A DNA stretch of 64,000 nt from a virus. Its lineage: Duplodnaviria > Caudoviricetes. Every line of letters starts with the position of its first letter. Position 1 is the stretch's first letter. A program made the translations under genes and the position numbers. The stretch spans positions 32,001 through 96,000 of IMG/VR virus record IMGVR_UViG_3300031555_004942. One strand, given 5' to 3'. The notes under the pieces were generated by a model, which saw nothing but the letters and a program-made list of their open reading frames with translations, was not told where the DNA came from and made no database searches. Positions 18,621 through 28,223 of this stretch are shown piece by piece.

Positions 18621-18770
18621 TTATATTTTAAGTAATTAAAACAAGTATTATCTAATATTGTTTTTATAGTTTTTCATATACATCCTTTCTTTTTTACAAA
18701 TATAAATAGATAATGCTTGTTTTAATTATTTAAAATATGATAATAAAAATCAAATTTTATTATATAAAAA

Positions 18771-18817
18771 ATACAATATATAGTGTATTATATTTATATA
18801 TATACTATATATAGTGT
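18771..18817. promoter_or_regulatory. tandem NrdR-like boxes, site 1
   Basis: ATACAATATATAGTGT (18771) and ATACTATATATAGTGT (18802), 31 bp apart. Confidence 0.75.
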
Positions 18818-18854
18818 AAAAAAAAGTTATTAAAGGAAAGAAAGGAAAATAAAA

Positions 18855-19880
18855 ATGAGTGATAAAAAAATAATAGATATTATTATACCCGCATATAAAG
18901 CACAAGATAGTATTGAAAGAACAATTGCAAGTATTGCAATTCAATCAATTAAAAATCAAGTGAGAGTTACAATAGTTAATGATTGTGATGGTATTGGATA
19001 TAGTAAAATAATTAAAAGGTATTCTGATTTATTAGATATTAGAGAAATATGTTTGGATAAGAATGGTGGACCTGGTGTTGCTAGACAATATGGTATAGAC
19101 AATACTGAATTGCCTTATTTTACATGTATTGATGCTGATGATACTTTTGCAGGAGCATTTGCTTTAGAAACATTATATAGAAACTTAATATCAGATCCTG
19201 TTGGAGTATGTTGCGTAGGAGGGTTCTTAGAAGAACATGAAAATTTACAATTTGTACCACACCAAGGAGATTTAATTTGGATGTTTGGTAAATTGTATTT
19301 ACGTAAATTTATTGAAAAATATGAAATTAAATTTAATGATACTAGAGCTAATGAAGATAATGGGTTTAATACTTTGGTTAGACTATGTTCTGATGAATAT
19401 GAAAAGATTATATTTATACAAGATATCGTCTATTATTGGCATTTTAAAGAGGATAGTATAACTCGTATTAATAATTGTGAATATTCATATAATCAAAGTT
19501 TTCCAGGATATACAGAAAATATGATATATGCAATTAAGGAAGCTAAGAAAAAGAAGCCATTTAATGGATATATTAATTTATGGGCAACACAAGTTATGAT
19601 ACATTTATATGTGTATTGGTTAGAGACGTGTGAAAGAGACCCTAGATTTAAAGATCAGAATTTTAATAGTTGTGTAAAATTTTATAAAGAAGTATTTAAA
19701 GATATCTATAAAGAATTATCAGAAAAAATCTTTAAAGAAGTTTATAGTAATGTAATGATGACATCTGCTCAAGGAATGATTGGAGTTTGTCCTGAAGTTA
19801 CTATTTATCAATTTTTAGATATTTTAGAAGAAGAAATAACTGAGAAAAAAGAGGAGATAAAAAATGATAAAACAAAATAA
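18855..19880 (+). CDS. GT2-family glycosyltransferase
   Basis: IIIPAY, VNDCD, NGGPGVARQYG, IDADD and NED motifs. Confidence 0.9.
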   Translation: MSDKKIIDIIIPAYKAQDSIERTIASIAIQSIKNQVRVTIVNDCDGIGYSKIIKRYSDLLDIREICLDKNGGPGVARQYGIDNTELPYFTCIDADDTFAGAFALETLYRNLISDPVGVCCVGGFLEEHENLQFVPHQGDLIWMFGKLYLRKFIEKYEIKFNDTRANEDNGFNTLVRLCSDEYEKIIFIQDIVYYWHFKEDSITRINNCEYSYNQSFPGYTENMIYAIKEAKKKKPFNGYINLWATQVMIHLYVYWLETCERDPRFKDQNFNSCVKFYKEVFKDIYKELSEKIFKEVYSNVMMTSAQGMIGVCPEVTIYQFLDILEEEITEKKEEIKNDKTK

Positions 19881-21177
19881 TGAAACATTTTTACAATTCG
19901 CTAAAAGGTTATTAACAACAGATAATATAACTGAATATGGATTAGTTGAAATATATCGTATGTTATTTGGAGAAGTTGTATCATATGATAATGCTCAAAG
20001 ACAATTAAGAGGAATTACTCGTTTTATAAAACAATGTGATATAGAAGATATAAATAAAGCAGGAGAAGAAATTCAATCACATCAAATAGATATAAGTTTA
20101 AATAAAGATGGTAGTCAAACTAGAAATGCTTTATTATATTTATCTGAAGAACAGGTAAAGACACCTAAATTACTTTTAGAAGCACATGGATATGATCCTA
20201 ATGTTTTTGAATTAGTTAATAGTAAGAATTCAATGTGGCATCAAAAAAGTAATATTCATGGATTATCTACTTTATATTGTAGTAAGATTACAGTAAAACC
20301 AAGAACTGAGATTAGTTTAGAGCAAGTTGAGGAAATTTTTAAAAAACTAGATAGAGAAAAAACAGATGTATTGGTAAGATCAGATAATAATATATTAAGT
20401 ATTATTAATGATAGTGATGAATGTTTTGTATTAAATTTTTTTGATGTTCATTTTGCTAAATTAGCACATTCAGAAGAAACAGGTGAAGAATATAATTATA
20501 AAATTGCAAGAGATAGAATGATAAATTCTGTTATGGAATATAAAAATAGATTTAATAATAAAAGATTTGATTCTATTTATTTTGCAATAGGTCAGGATTA
20601 TTTCAATTCAGAGCCAACAGGTGCAACTGTGAATAACACAAAGCAAGATAATGATGTTAGATATTCTGTGATGTTTGAAAAAGGAGTGGAAGCTCTTATA
20701 GATGTTATAGAAATATTAAAAACTATGGGTAATATTATTTATATTCCTTTAGTTCAAGGTAATCATAGCACATATACTGAATATTATGCTGCACAGTTTT
20801 TAAAAGCATGGTATAGACATGAAAATAATGTAATTATAGATACATCAATACTTCCAAGAAAATATTATAGTTTTGGTGTTAATCTATTTGGATTCACTCA
20901 TAATAGTGAAGAAAAAAATAGGATATATACATTGATGCAAATAGAAGCTCCACAGTTATGGGCAGAAACGGAAGAAAGAACATGGTTTACTGGACATTTA
21001 CATAAAGAGGATGTAAAAGAAGATGGGGGAGTGTTTATTAGACAATCTCCTTCCATGTGTAGTACTGATTCATGGCATAAACAAAAAGGATATGTGGGGT
21101 CAATAAAAAGGACACAAGGGTTTGTATATAATTATTTAGAAGGATTAACTGAAAGTCATTATGTAAAAGTAAAATAA
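19864..21177 (+). CDS. calcineurin-like metallophosphoesterase
   Basis: DVH, GQD, GNH, TH and GHLH motifs. Confidence 0.85.
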   Translation: MIKQNNETFLQFAKRLLTTDNITEYGLVEIYRMLFGEVVSYDNAQRQLRGITRFIKQCDIEDINKAGEEIQSHQIDISLNKDGSQTRNALLYLSEEQVKTPKLLLEAHGYDPNVFELVNSKNSMWHQKSNIHGLSTLYCSKITVKPRTEISLEQVEEIFKKLDREKTDVLVRSDNNILSIINDSDECFVLNFFDVHFAKLAHSEETGEEYNYKIARDRMINSVMEYKNRFNNKRFDSIYFAIGQDYFNSEPTGATVNNTKQDNDVRYSVMFEKGVEALIDVIEILKTMGNIIYIPLVQGNHSTYTEYYAAQFLKAWYRHENNVIIDTSILPRKYYSFGVNLFGFTHNSEEKNRIYTLMQIEAPQLWAETEERTWFTGHLHKEDVKEDGGVFIRQSPSMCSTDSWHKQKGYVGSIKRTQGFVYNYLEGLTESHYVKVK

Positions 21178-21205
21178 AATATAATAAGAAAGGAGTTGAG
21201 ATAAA

Positions 21206-21532
21206 ATGCAAATAAGACAAAAATATATTATTTTTGACAAACCTACAAATACTCCTTTATCTTATGAAATAGATTTCACAAAATCTGATCTATTAAAAAT
21301 TCAGGTTAGTGGAGATGGAGAATGTGATATAAAGATTTATGGGAAGATACATCCTAAATCAGAGTATTCCCTAATGAGTATTATTAAAGATTTTGATTAT
21401 AATTTTATTAATACTATTAATTCAAAAGGTGTATATACAATATCTGCAACAGGATACGATAAACTTAAAATTGAAACAAATAATGCAGATAGCACTTTGA
21501 CTTGTGTGGCAAGTGAGGTGGTTGAAGTATGA
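21206..21532 (+). CDS. hypothetical beta-rich, probably virion-associated protein
   Basis: 108-aa ORF with RBS, precedes fibre genes. Confidence 0.65.
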   Translation: MQIRQKYIIFDKPTNTPLSYEIDFTKSDLLKIQVSGDGECDIKIYGKIHPKSEYSLMSIIKDFDYNFINTINSKGVYTISATGYDKLKIETNNADSTLTCVASEVVEV

Positions 21533-21777
21533 CAGATATTACAGCACGAGCATTAGCTATGCAAGCAATTAATATGAAAAATATAAATCAGTTTAGTTCA
21601 AAAGCTGAATTTCCAATTATTGGGCAAGAAGGTATTTTATATATAGATGAGATTAATAATCAATTGTATTATTGGAATTTAAATACTCAGAGTTATGCAT
21701 TATTAATTTCAGGGAATTTAGATATAGAAAATATCTTATCTGGAATAATATTAGATGGTGGTTCATCATCATCTTAA
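21529..21777 (+). CDS. small fibre-associated protein
   Basis: FPxxG...LYID....LYYWN motif typical of fibre modules. Confidence 0.6.
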   Translation: MTDITARALAMQAINMKNINQFSSKAEFPIIGQEGILYIDEINNQLYYWNLNTQSYALLISGNLDIENILSGIILDGGSSSS

Positions 21778-21801
21778 ATTAAAAATATAGGAGGGGGTTT
21801 T

Positions 21802-24800
21802 ATGATAAATGATTCATATAATCAAATTGATGTAAAAATAGTGCATAAAAATGATACTTATGAAAATTGGACAAAAAACAATCCTGTTTTATTAAATTCA
21901 GAGATTGGGTATGATACTACTAATAAAAAAATTAAAATAGGTGACGGTGCGACTAATTGGAATTCTTTACCTTATTATGATGAAGACTATATTAATGAAA
22001 AAATTGCAGAATTAGTTGATACAGCACCAGAAACTCTGAATACACTAAATGAACTTGCACGAGCTTTGGGAGATGACCCGAATTTTGCTACAACAATAGC
22101 AAACCAGATTGGTAACAAAGTAGATAAAATTGAGGGAATGGGTTTATCTGCTAATAATTTTACAAATTCAGAAAAAGAAAAACTTGCTAATTTATCAAAA
22201 ATTCCTATTAATAATGGTACTGGCAAAAATAGTATAGTTATAAATGATGGTGAGGCAAATGGAGAATATTCAGTTGCTGGGGGTGTTACAGATAAGAGTG
22301 TTATAGAGTCTCTTGTAGGTAGTGTTGCAGCTTCGTTAGTTAAGGTTGATAAAGCTAAAGCAAATGGAATTATGTCTTTATCTTATGGAGTAAATACAGA
22401 AACACAGACTTCAGGAAGTATGGCTCTGGGAGTTGATAATATTGTGGGTGTTAAAGGTTATTATTGGCACACAATAGATTTTATAAATAAAACAATAACT
22501 CTATCTACTAATAGACCAACGACATTATCAGGTTCTGTAAAAGCTCCTAGTAATTTAGATTGGGAAGTTGGTGACTACATATCAATTACCAATGAAAGTA
22601 ACTATCCATTCTGTACCAAGATTACCGCAATTACAGGCAATATTATTACTGTTGAATCATTGCCGTTTAAGAGTAATCCATATGATACAAAAAAAACAAT
22701 ACTTGGTCAAGAGGTAATAGTTTATCCTGCAGTATATGCCACTCCATACAATAGAACTATTTATGCAGTATATCGAGATGAATATATATCTGTTCTTGAT
22801 AAAACTATAGAACATTGGGCTTTTAGAAATGGTATTGTAGAGTTAGGTTTTGGTGGAACGGCTATTGGTGCTTTAAATAAAGTGTCTGGATTGGTGGCAT
22901 CTGCAAAAGGCTTTGAAAACTTTGCAGTTGGAGACTATTCTGAAGTTTCTGGATCACATAATATTGCTGGAGAATATGCTTCTGCAAGAGGATTTTGGAC
23001 TAAAGCATTAGGTCGATTTTCAACAACTGATGGTAGAGGTACTGAAGCTTTGGGAGAAGCTCAATATGTTCATGGTAAGTATAATATCCTTGATCCAAGC
23101 AATAAATATATCGAGATTGCTGGTAATGGTAAAAATGAAGATAATCGTTCTAATGCTTATACATTAGATTGGAATGGTAATGCATGGTATGCAGGAAATG
23201 TTGATGCTACAGATGGTAATTTTTCTGGTAATGTATCTGGTACAAACGCAAATTTTAGTGGATATGTAACTGATGGCTCTGGTAATAGACTAATAGATTC
23301 AAATACTGCAATAAATAATGCGGCTAAATGTTTTGGAGAAGAAGTTTTAATTAATGGCGATAATTATGTAGAGTATTTTAATGCTCTTGGCATTAAAGAT
23401 TATTCTATTACAGGAAATGGAGCTGTGACTACTTATGATGAATCTACAAATTCTTATTACCTGCCTATAACTTGTGGAGTTAAAGAAAATATAAAAGCTG
23501 TTGATGGAGATAAATATTTATTGATTGAGTCTCCTACTGCCGCTATAGCACATCGCTTTATTCATTTATTACGAAATGATAATACAAATATAGTAGAGAT
23601 AGGTCATTCGTATACTTTTACTGCATGGTGTAAGACAAAGAAAGGCACTAATACTGTTAAAACACATATTAGTTCATCAGCATTAAGTACAAATACAATT
23701 ATGCCAACTCAAACAAAAGCTTCAGCCGTAACTATCAATAGTAATGAATGGACAAAAGTTATTGGAACTTTTAATATTATAGAGGCAACTGGAGATAAAA
23801 CTCAAAATAATGGATTTCATTTAGGAGTTGAATTTACATCTTCTAATTTTAGTGATATATATATAGATAATTATTGTCTTGTAGATAATGAAAATCCTGA
23901 TGTGAATTTGCTTGAACATAGTATTGCTAAAACTAACAGTAAATATGTAAAGTGTGATTATATGTTTGAAGGCATTAATGGGACTATAGATGGACTAGTT
24001 AATGGTACTGCTTCTTTTGTAGAAGGTGGTACTGCTGATTATATTCCATCTTCTGTTACAGTTAATATTCCTGTAGATGCGGAGACTTTTACAGGCACAT
24101 TAAATTATGTTAACGATAGTTTGCCTGAATTACCCGCATTTTTTGGATATACATCTACGTATACACTGGAAACAACATCTGACGTAATATTTGATCTAGT
24201 ATGCTACAGTAAGATAAATTCCCCTACAAAAGTATCCCAGCTTGAAAATGACATAGGCTATCTTACAGAGCATCAGGACATATCGGGAAAAGCTGATGTA
24301 AACCATAAGCACCCTGAGTATTTAACCGAACATCAAGATATATCAATAAAAGCTGATATAGACCATACTCATACAGGGGAGCAGGTAAATGTGACATTGG
24401 AAATACTTGATGATAACAGAGAACCTACAGGCGAATCATCAACAATATCTTTGAACGAATTTGTAAATCAGGTGGTTTTATTAGAGGGTAGAACTATTAT
24501 TGAAGGTATAATCAATGAGATTGACATCATAAATACCGATAAAGTGAACAAGTCAGAGTTGGAGACAAAGGCAGACAAGACTATCATACAAACTGATACC
24601 GAAGCGACAGAATATGCATTTGACTTTTCTGATATGTATAACAAGGAAATGAGATTGCAATCAGCATCTTCTATAAGTATTAAATTTGCAGACAATGAGT
24701 ATGCGAATGACTATATCTCAGGGTTGAGCTTTAACAGTGGTGAAACACCTACAGGATTTGATTATGCTGATAGTGGTATCATAAATTGGGTGGGAACAGA

Positions 24801-24939
24801 TTGTGTAAAGAATGGAGATCTCTCTATATTCCAACCGTCTGCCAATACTCATTATGACATTGTGTTTTATTTTAATGGTGTGCAGTTTATAGGACTAGTA
24901 AACGGCTTTGTACCTGCAATAGGAAATGAGGCGGTATAA
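21802..24939 (+). CDS. tail-fibre/adhesin-like protein (Mtd-N-like domain, fibre motif, YadA-like repeats, possible CBM)
   Basis: NPVLLNSEIGY...KIGDG..WNSLPY; APETLNTLNELARALGDDPNFATT; A.G..S.A.G repeats; YLTEHQDIS twice. Confidence 0.75.
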   Translation: MINDSYNQIDVKIVHKNDTYENWTKNNPVLLNSEIGYDTTNKKIKIGDGATNWNSLPYYDEDYINEKIAELVDTAPETLNTLNELARALGDDPNFATTIANQIGNKVDKIEGMGLSANNFTNSEKEKLANLSKIPINNGTGKNSIVINDGEANGEYSVAGGVTDKSVIESLVGSVAASLVKVDKAKANGIMSLSYGVNTETQTSGSMALGVDNIVGVKGYYWHTIDFINKTITLSTNRPTTLSGSVKAPSNLDWEVGDYISITNESNYPFCTKITAITGNIITVESLPFKSNPYDTKKTILGQEVIVYPAVYATPYNRTIYAVYRDEYISVLDKTIEHWAFRNGIVELGFGGTAIGALNKVSGLVASAKGFENFAVGDYSEVSGSHNIAGEYASARGFWTKALGRFSTTDGRGTEALGEAQYVHGKYNILDPSNKYIEIAGNGKNEDNRSNAYTLDWNGNAWYAGNVDATDGNFSGNVSGTNANFSGYVTDGSGNRLIDSNTAINNAAKCFGEEVLINGDNYVEYFNALGIKDYSITGNGAVTTYDESTNSYYLPITCGVKENIKAVDGDKYLLIESPTAAIAHRFIHLLRNDNTNIVEIGHSYTFTAWCKTKKGTNTVKTHISSSALSTNTIMPTQTKASAVTINSNEWTKVIGTFNIIEATGDKTQNNGFHLGVEFTSSNFSDIYIDNYCLVDNENPDVNLLEHSIAKTNSKYVKCDYMFEGINGTIDGLVNGTASFVEGGTADYIPSSVTVNIPVDAETFTGTLNYVNDSLPELPAFFGYTSTYTLETTSDVIFDLVCYSKINSPTKVSQLENDIGYLTEHQDISGKADVNHKHPEYLTEHQDISIKADIDHTHTGEQVNVTLEILDDNREPTGESSTISLNEFVNQVVLLEGRTIIEGIINEIDIINTDKVNKSELETKADKTIIQTDTEATEYAFDFSDMYNKEMRLQSASSISIKFADNEYANDYISGLSFNSGETPTGFDYADSGIINWVGTDCVKNGDLSIFQPSANTHYDIVFYFNGVQFIGLVNGFVPAIGNEAV

Positions 24940-26546
24940 TGACATATTTACAGAAAAAGAAACTTGCCTTTATGAGTATAGTAAATCAGATTAAAGGCTT
25001 TGTAAGAACTGTATCAGGAGTACCCCCTTTGATATTGTCTGATTGTGTAGATAATGACAGCCTTATCAATTACACAATAGACGGAAACAGCATACAAAAC
25101 GGAACTCCCACACCTGATACTCCTGTTGAGGTTGAGAGTGTGGGAGAAAAGACAAAGAATATAGTTAGAGATTATGTATATGTAGACCAAACGACACGTT
25201 ATAACTCACCTTTACATGCGAAAAATTCGTTTACACTTAAGCAAGGGGTAACGTATACTATTTCATTTGATACTCCTAATACTATGAAGAATGTAGCATA
25301 CGCACAATATGCGTATACTGAAGAAGGGTTGAAAACAGTATTATTAAATGGCACAAGGCAGTCAATAACTGTAACACCTACAAAAGATATGACATCAGCA
25401 ACAATACTTGTAGTAACATCTGTCGTTTCTGAAGGTGACAGTACAGGATTGTGTAGTAATTGCATGATTGAAGAAGGTAGTACCGCTACCGATTATGAGC
25501 CATACGGATACAAAATCCCTGTTGTATGTAGTGGTAAGAATTTGTTTGATAAAGATAATTTTACTCCTAGCATGACTAATGGCACACGTACAAAAAACGG
25601 CTACGATTATACAGTTATAGGCAATAAAGGGAATGAGGCATCAGCATCATCTGGAAGTTTTAATGTAAGATTCTCTGAAGGTATTATAACACCAACTAAA
25701 AACCTCACTGTATCAGTCTATATAACAATGTTAGAATATGGTGGCATTGGCGACAAAATAAGATTATGGACGGTTAGCGGTAGTTCGGCAAAACAACATA
25801 CTTTTGCTTCAAAAACTGTTTCTTTAAATGAGAGACTTCGACTATCTTGGACTTATACGAATGTTGACTATGAGATTGATGCATTATGGTTTTATGTCAA
25901 TGGTAATAAGTTATTAATCGAAATGGACACCCTACAGATTGAAACAAATGATGTTATGACCGATTATGAGCCTTATTACCTGCCTATTACAACTAACATC
26001 TATCTTGATGAACCCCTTCGTAAAATCGGTGACTATGCGGACTATGTTGATTTTGAAAATCGGAAGGTTGTAAAAAATGTATCCGAAACAATTTTGAAAG
26101 GCACAGAGGATTGTTATTCATCAGGGATAGGAAGTACAAATGAAAGGATAATTTATGATTTATCTGTATTCAACGGGTTAAAAGGGAATGGAAATACACC
26201 AAGCTTATGTACACACACAAAAACCACAATTGATGCAAATGTTGGTTGGGCAGGCACAAAATTTGTAATGCAGGTAGCTAATGCAGATGTCCGTTTCTAT
26301 CGTCCTTTTTATTGTGAAATAACTGAATTTACTGAGAAAACACCTTTTGAATGGAAACAATACCTTGCACGATTGTACGCTGAAGGAAATCCTTTCAAGG
26401 TTTATAGTGTACGAAGTGAAACCTCAGAGGAAACCATTAACTTACCCAAACTACCCTCATTTAAAGGCACAACCGTCTACACAATCAAAACAAGTGTGCA
26501 ACCATCAGAAATGAGTGCGACATATTATGCTATGAATAAGGAGTGA
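24939..26546 (+). CDS. BppU/receptor-binding-like structural protein
   Basis: GNSIQNGTPTPDTPVEV, GKNLF and TDYEPY (twice) motifs. Confidence 0.65.
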   Translation: MTYLQKKKLAFMSIVNQIKGFVRTVSGVPPLILSDCVDNDSLINYTIDGNSIQNGTPTPDTPVEVESVGEKTKNIVRDYVYVDQTTRYNSPLHAKNSFTLKQGVTYTISFDTPNTMKNVAYAQYAYTEEGLKTVLLNGTRQSITVTPTKDMTSATILVVTSVVSEGDSTGLCSNCMIEEGSTATDYEPYGYKIPVVCSGKNLFDKDNFTPSMTNGTRTKNGYDYTVIGNKGNEASASSGSFNVRFSEGIITPTKNLTVSVYITMLEYGGIGDKIRLWTVSGSSAKQHTFASKTVSLNERLRLSWTYTNVDYEIDALWFYVNGNKLLIEMDTLQIETNDVMTDYEPYYLPITTNIYLDEPLRKIGDYADYVDFENRKVVKNVSETILKGTEDCYSSGIGSTNERIIYDLSVFNGLKGNGNTPSLCTHTKTTIDANVGWAGTKFVMQVANADVRFYRPFYCEITEFTEKTPFEWKQYLARLYAEGNPFKVYSVRSETSEETINLPKLPSFKGTTVYTIKTSVQPSEMSATYYAMNKE

Positions 26547-26551
26547 TATAA

Positions 26552-26815
26552 ATGGAACTTTATAAGTTTATAAGCGAAACAGAGATTAAGAAGTATAAAG
26601 GTGGATTTGTTGTTGTAGATAATACAATATACACAAATCCCAAAGAAGAAATAATAAGGATGGCAGGATATAAAGAATTAATTGATACACCTATCCCTGA
26701 ATATAATCCTGAAATAGAATATATTGTATTAACATATCAGGATGGTGAAAAAATTACTCCTTGTTATACTGTAAATCAAATAGAGTTCATGGAAGAATTA
26801 GAAGTAATAGAATAA
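26552..26815 (+). CDS. small fibre-assembly-like protein
   Basis: TNP......AGYK...P.YNPE motif; follows fibre genes. Confidence 0.55.
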   Translation: MELYKFISETEIKKYKGGFVVVDNTIYTNPKEEIIRMAGYKELIDTPIPEYNPEIEYIVLTYQDGEKITPCYTVNQIEFMEELEVIE

Positions 26816-26843
26816 TAAAAACTGAATTTTATTGTATAATATA

Positions 26844-26891
26844 GCACAACATATAGTGTATGATTTTATTTTCATACACTATATATAGTTG
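26844..26891. promoter_or_regulatory. tandem NrdR-like boxes, site 2
   Basis: GCACAACATATAGTGT (26844) and ACACTATATATAGTTG (26876), 32 bp apart. Confidence 0.75.
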
Positions 26892-26930
26892 TGATTTTGA
26901 AATGTTTTAAAGGAGAAAGAGGTGAAAAAT

Positions 26931-28223
26931 ATGCCTAAAAAAAGTCAAAAAGTAGAAACAGTTGGAATAAATGAAGTAAAACGAAAGTTAGGACCAATGG
27001 GGAAAAAAATAAAAGAATTTTATAGAAACCAAGATGATGTTATTGGGACATATTTTTCTCCACAATCAGAAAAAATAAAAGAAGATAGAAAAATATGTAC
27101 TATGTGTAATAAACCTTTACCTGCAGGTGATTTTTGGCAAAGTTTTTCATATATTAATTCTGCAAGAACAGATATTGATAGTAAGATGCATTTACCTGTA
27201 TGTAAAGCATGTTCTCAGAAGTTATTTGATTATTATTACGAAAAAGTACATCATAAATCCTATGTAAAAGCAATGGAACATGTATGTTGTGATTTGAATT
27301 TATATTGGGATATAGATATATTCAATGCTTGTAAAGAAGTGTATGAGCATAACCAGAGAAAACTACATATATTGTCTGAGTATGTAGGTGCTTTAAGTAG
27401 AAGAAGTGCTAATTTTATCGGACAGACTTATTGGGATAGTCCTACAATAGTGAATAGAAATATAACTATTGTTCAAGGACAGAATCAAGATTTTGAAAAA
27501 AAACTCATTAATCCTGAGGATAATCCTGAATTATTAAAGGATGGATGGGATACCCCTTTAGATTGGGAAAGGGAAGATGCAGAAAATAGAAAAAAAATTA
27601 TACGTGTATATAGATATGATCCGTTTGAATATGAAACGGACGAAGATAAAAAATCACTTTATAGGGATTTAGCAGCAATGTTAGATGATGCAATGGAAGA
27701 TGATTTTGTTAAATCTAGAGGTGCTTTAGAAGTAGTTAGAGGTTTTAATAGAATAGAAAAATTAGGTAAAAAAATAGCAATATTAGAAAAAGAAGAAGCT
27801 GAGGCAAATGTTATTCAAAGATATGTTGATATGAAAACTAAAGAACGTGCTTCCATTACAGCATATTGTAAAGATAATGGTTTTGCTGCAAGCTATGGAA
27901 CAAAAAAAGCAAAAGGTGCAGGAACATTATCAGGAATTATGAATGAAATGAATGAAAAACAATATGAAAGAGGTATTTTAAATAGGTTTGATGTTAAAAC
28001 AAGTGAAAGTATTCAACAAGCAGCTAATGCATCTGTAAGAGCTATTTTTGACCAATTAAATATTGGAGGTAATGAACAATATACTATTATTCAACAGCAA
28101 AGAGATTTGATTTCAAGTTTGCAAAAAAAACTAGATAATGCTGAAGAAGATTTAAGAAAAGCTGAATGTAAAATAGTTGAATTAAAATTAAATAAACAAT
28201 TGGAGGAATCTGAAGATGATTAA
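26931..28223 (+). CDS. putative terminase small subunit (Zn finger)
   Basis: CTMC...VCKAC; overlaps start of the large terminase gene. Confidence 0.6.
   Translation: MPKKSQKVETVGINEVKRKLGPMGKKIKEFYRNQDDVIGTYFSPQSEKIKEDRKICTMCNKPLPAGDFWQSFSYINSARTDIDSKMHLPVCKACSQKLFDYYYEKVHHKSYVKAMEHVCCDLNLYWDIDIFNACKEVYEHNQRKLHILSEYVGALSRRSANFIGQTYWDSPTIVNRNITIVQGQNQDFEKKLINPEDNPELLKDGWDTPLDWEREDAENRKKIIRVYRYDPFEYETDEDKKSLYRDLAAMLDDAMEDDFVKSRGALEVVRGFNRIEKLGKKIAILEKEEAEANVIQRYVDMKTKERASITAYCKDNGFAASYGTKKAKGAGTLSGIMNEMNEKQYERGILNRFDVKTSESIQQAANASVRAIFDQLNIGGNEQYTIIQQQRDLISSLQKKLDNAEEDLRKAECKIVELKLNKQLEESEDD

Noticed and set aside
21802-24939. Diversity-generating retroelement suggested by the Mtd-N-like domain
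   Set aside because: No reverse transcriptase and no adenine-mismatched TR/VR pair seen in the window
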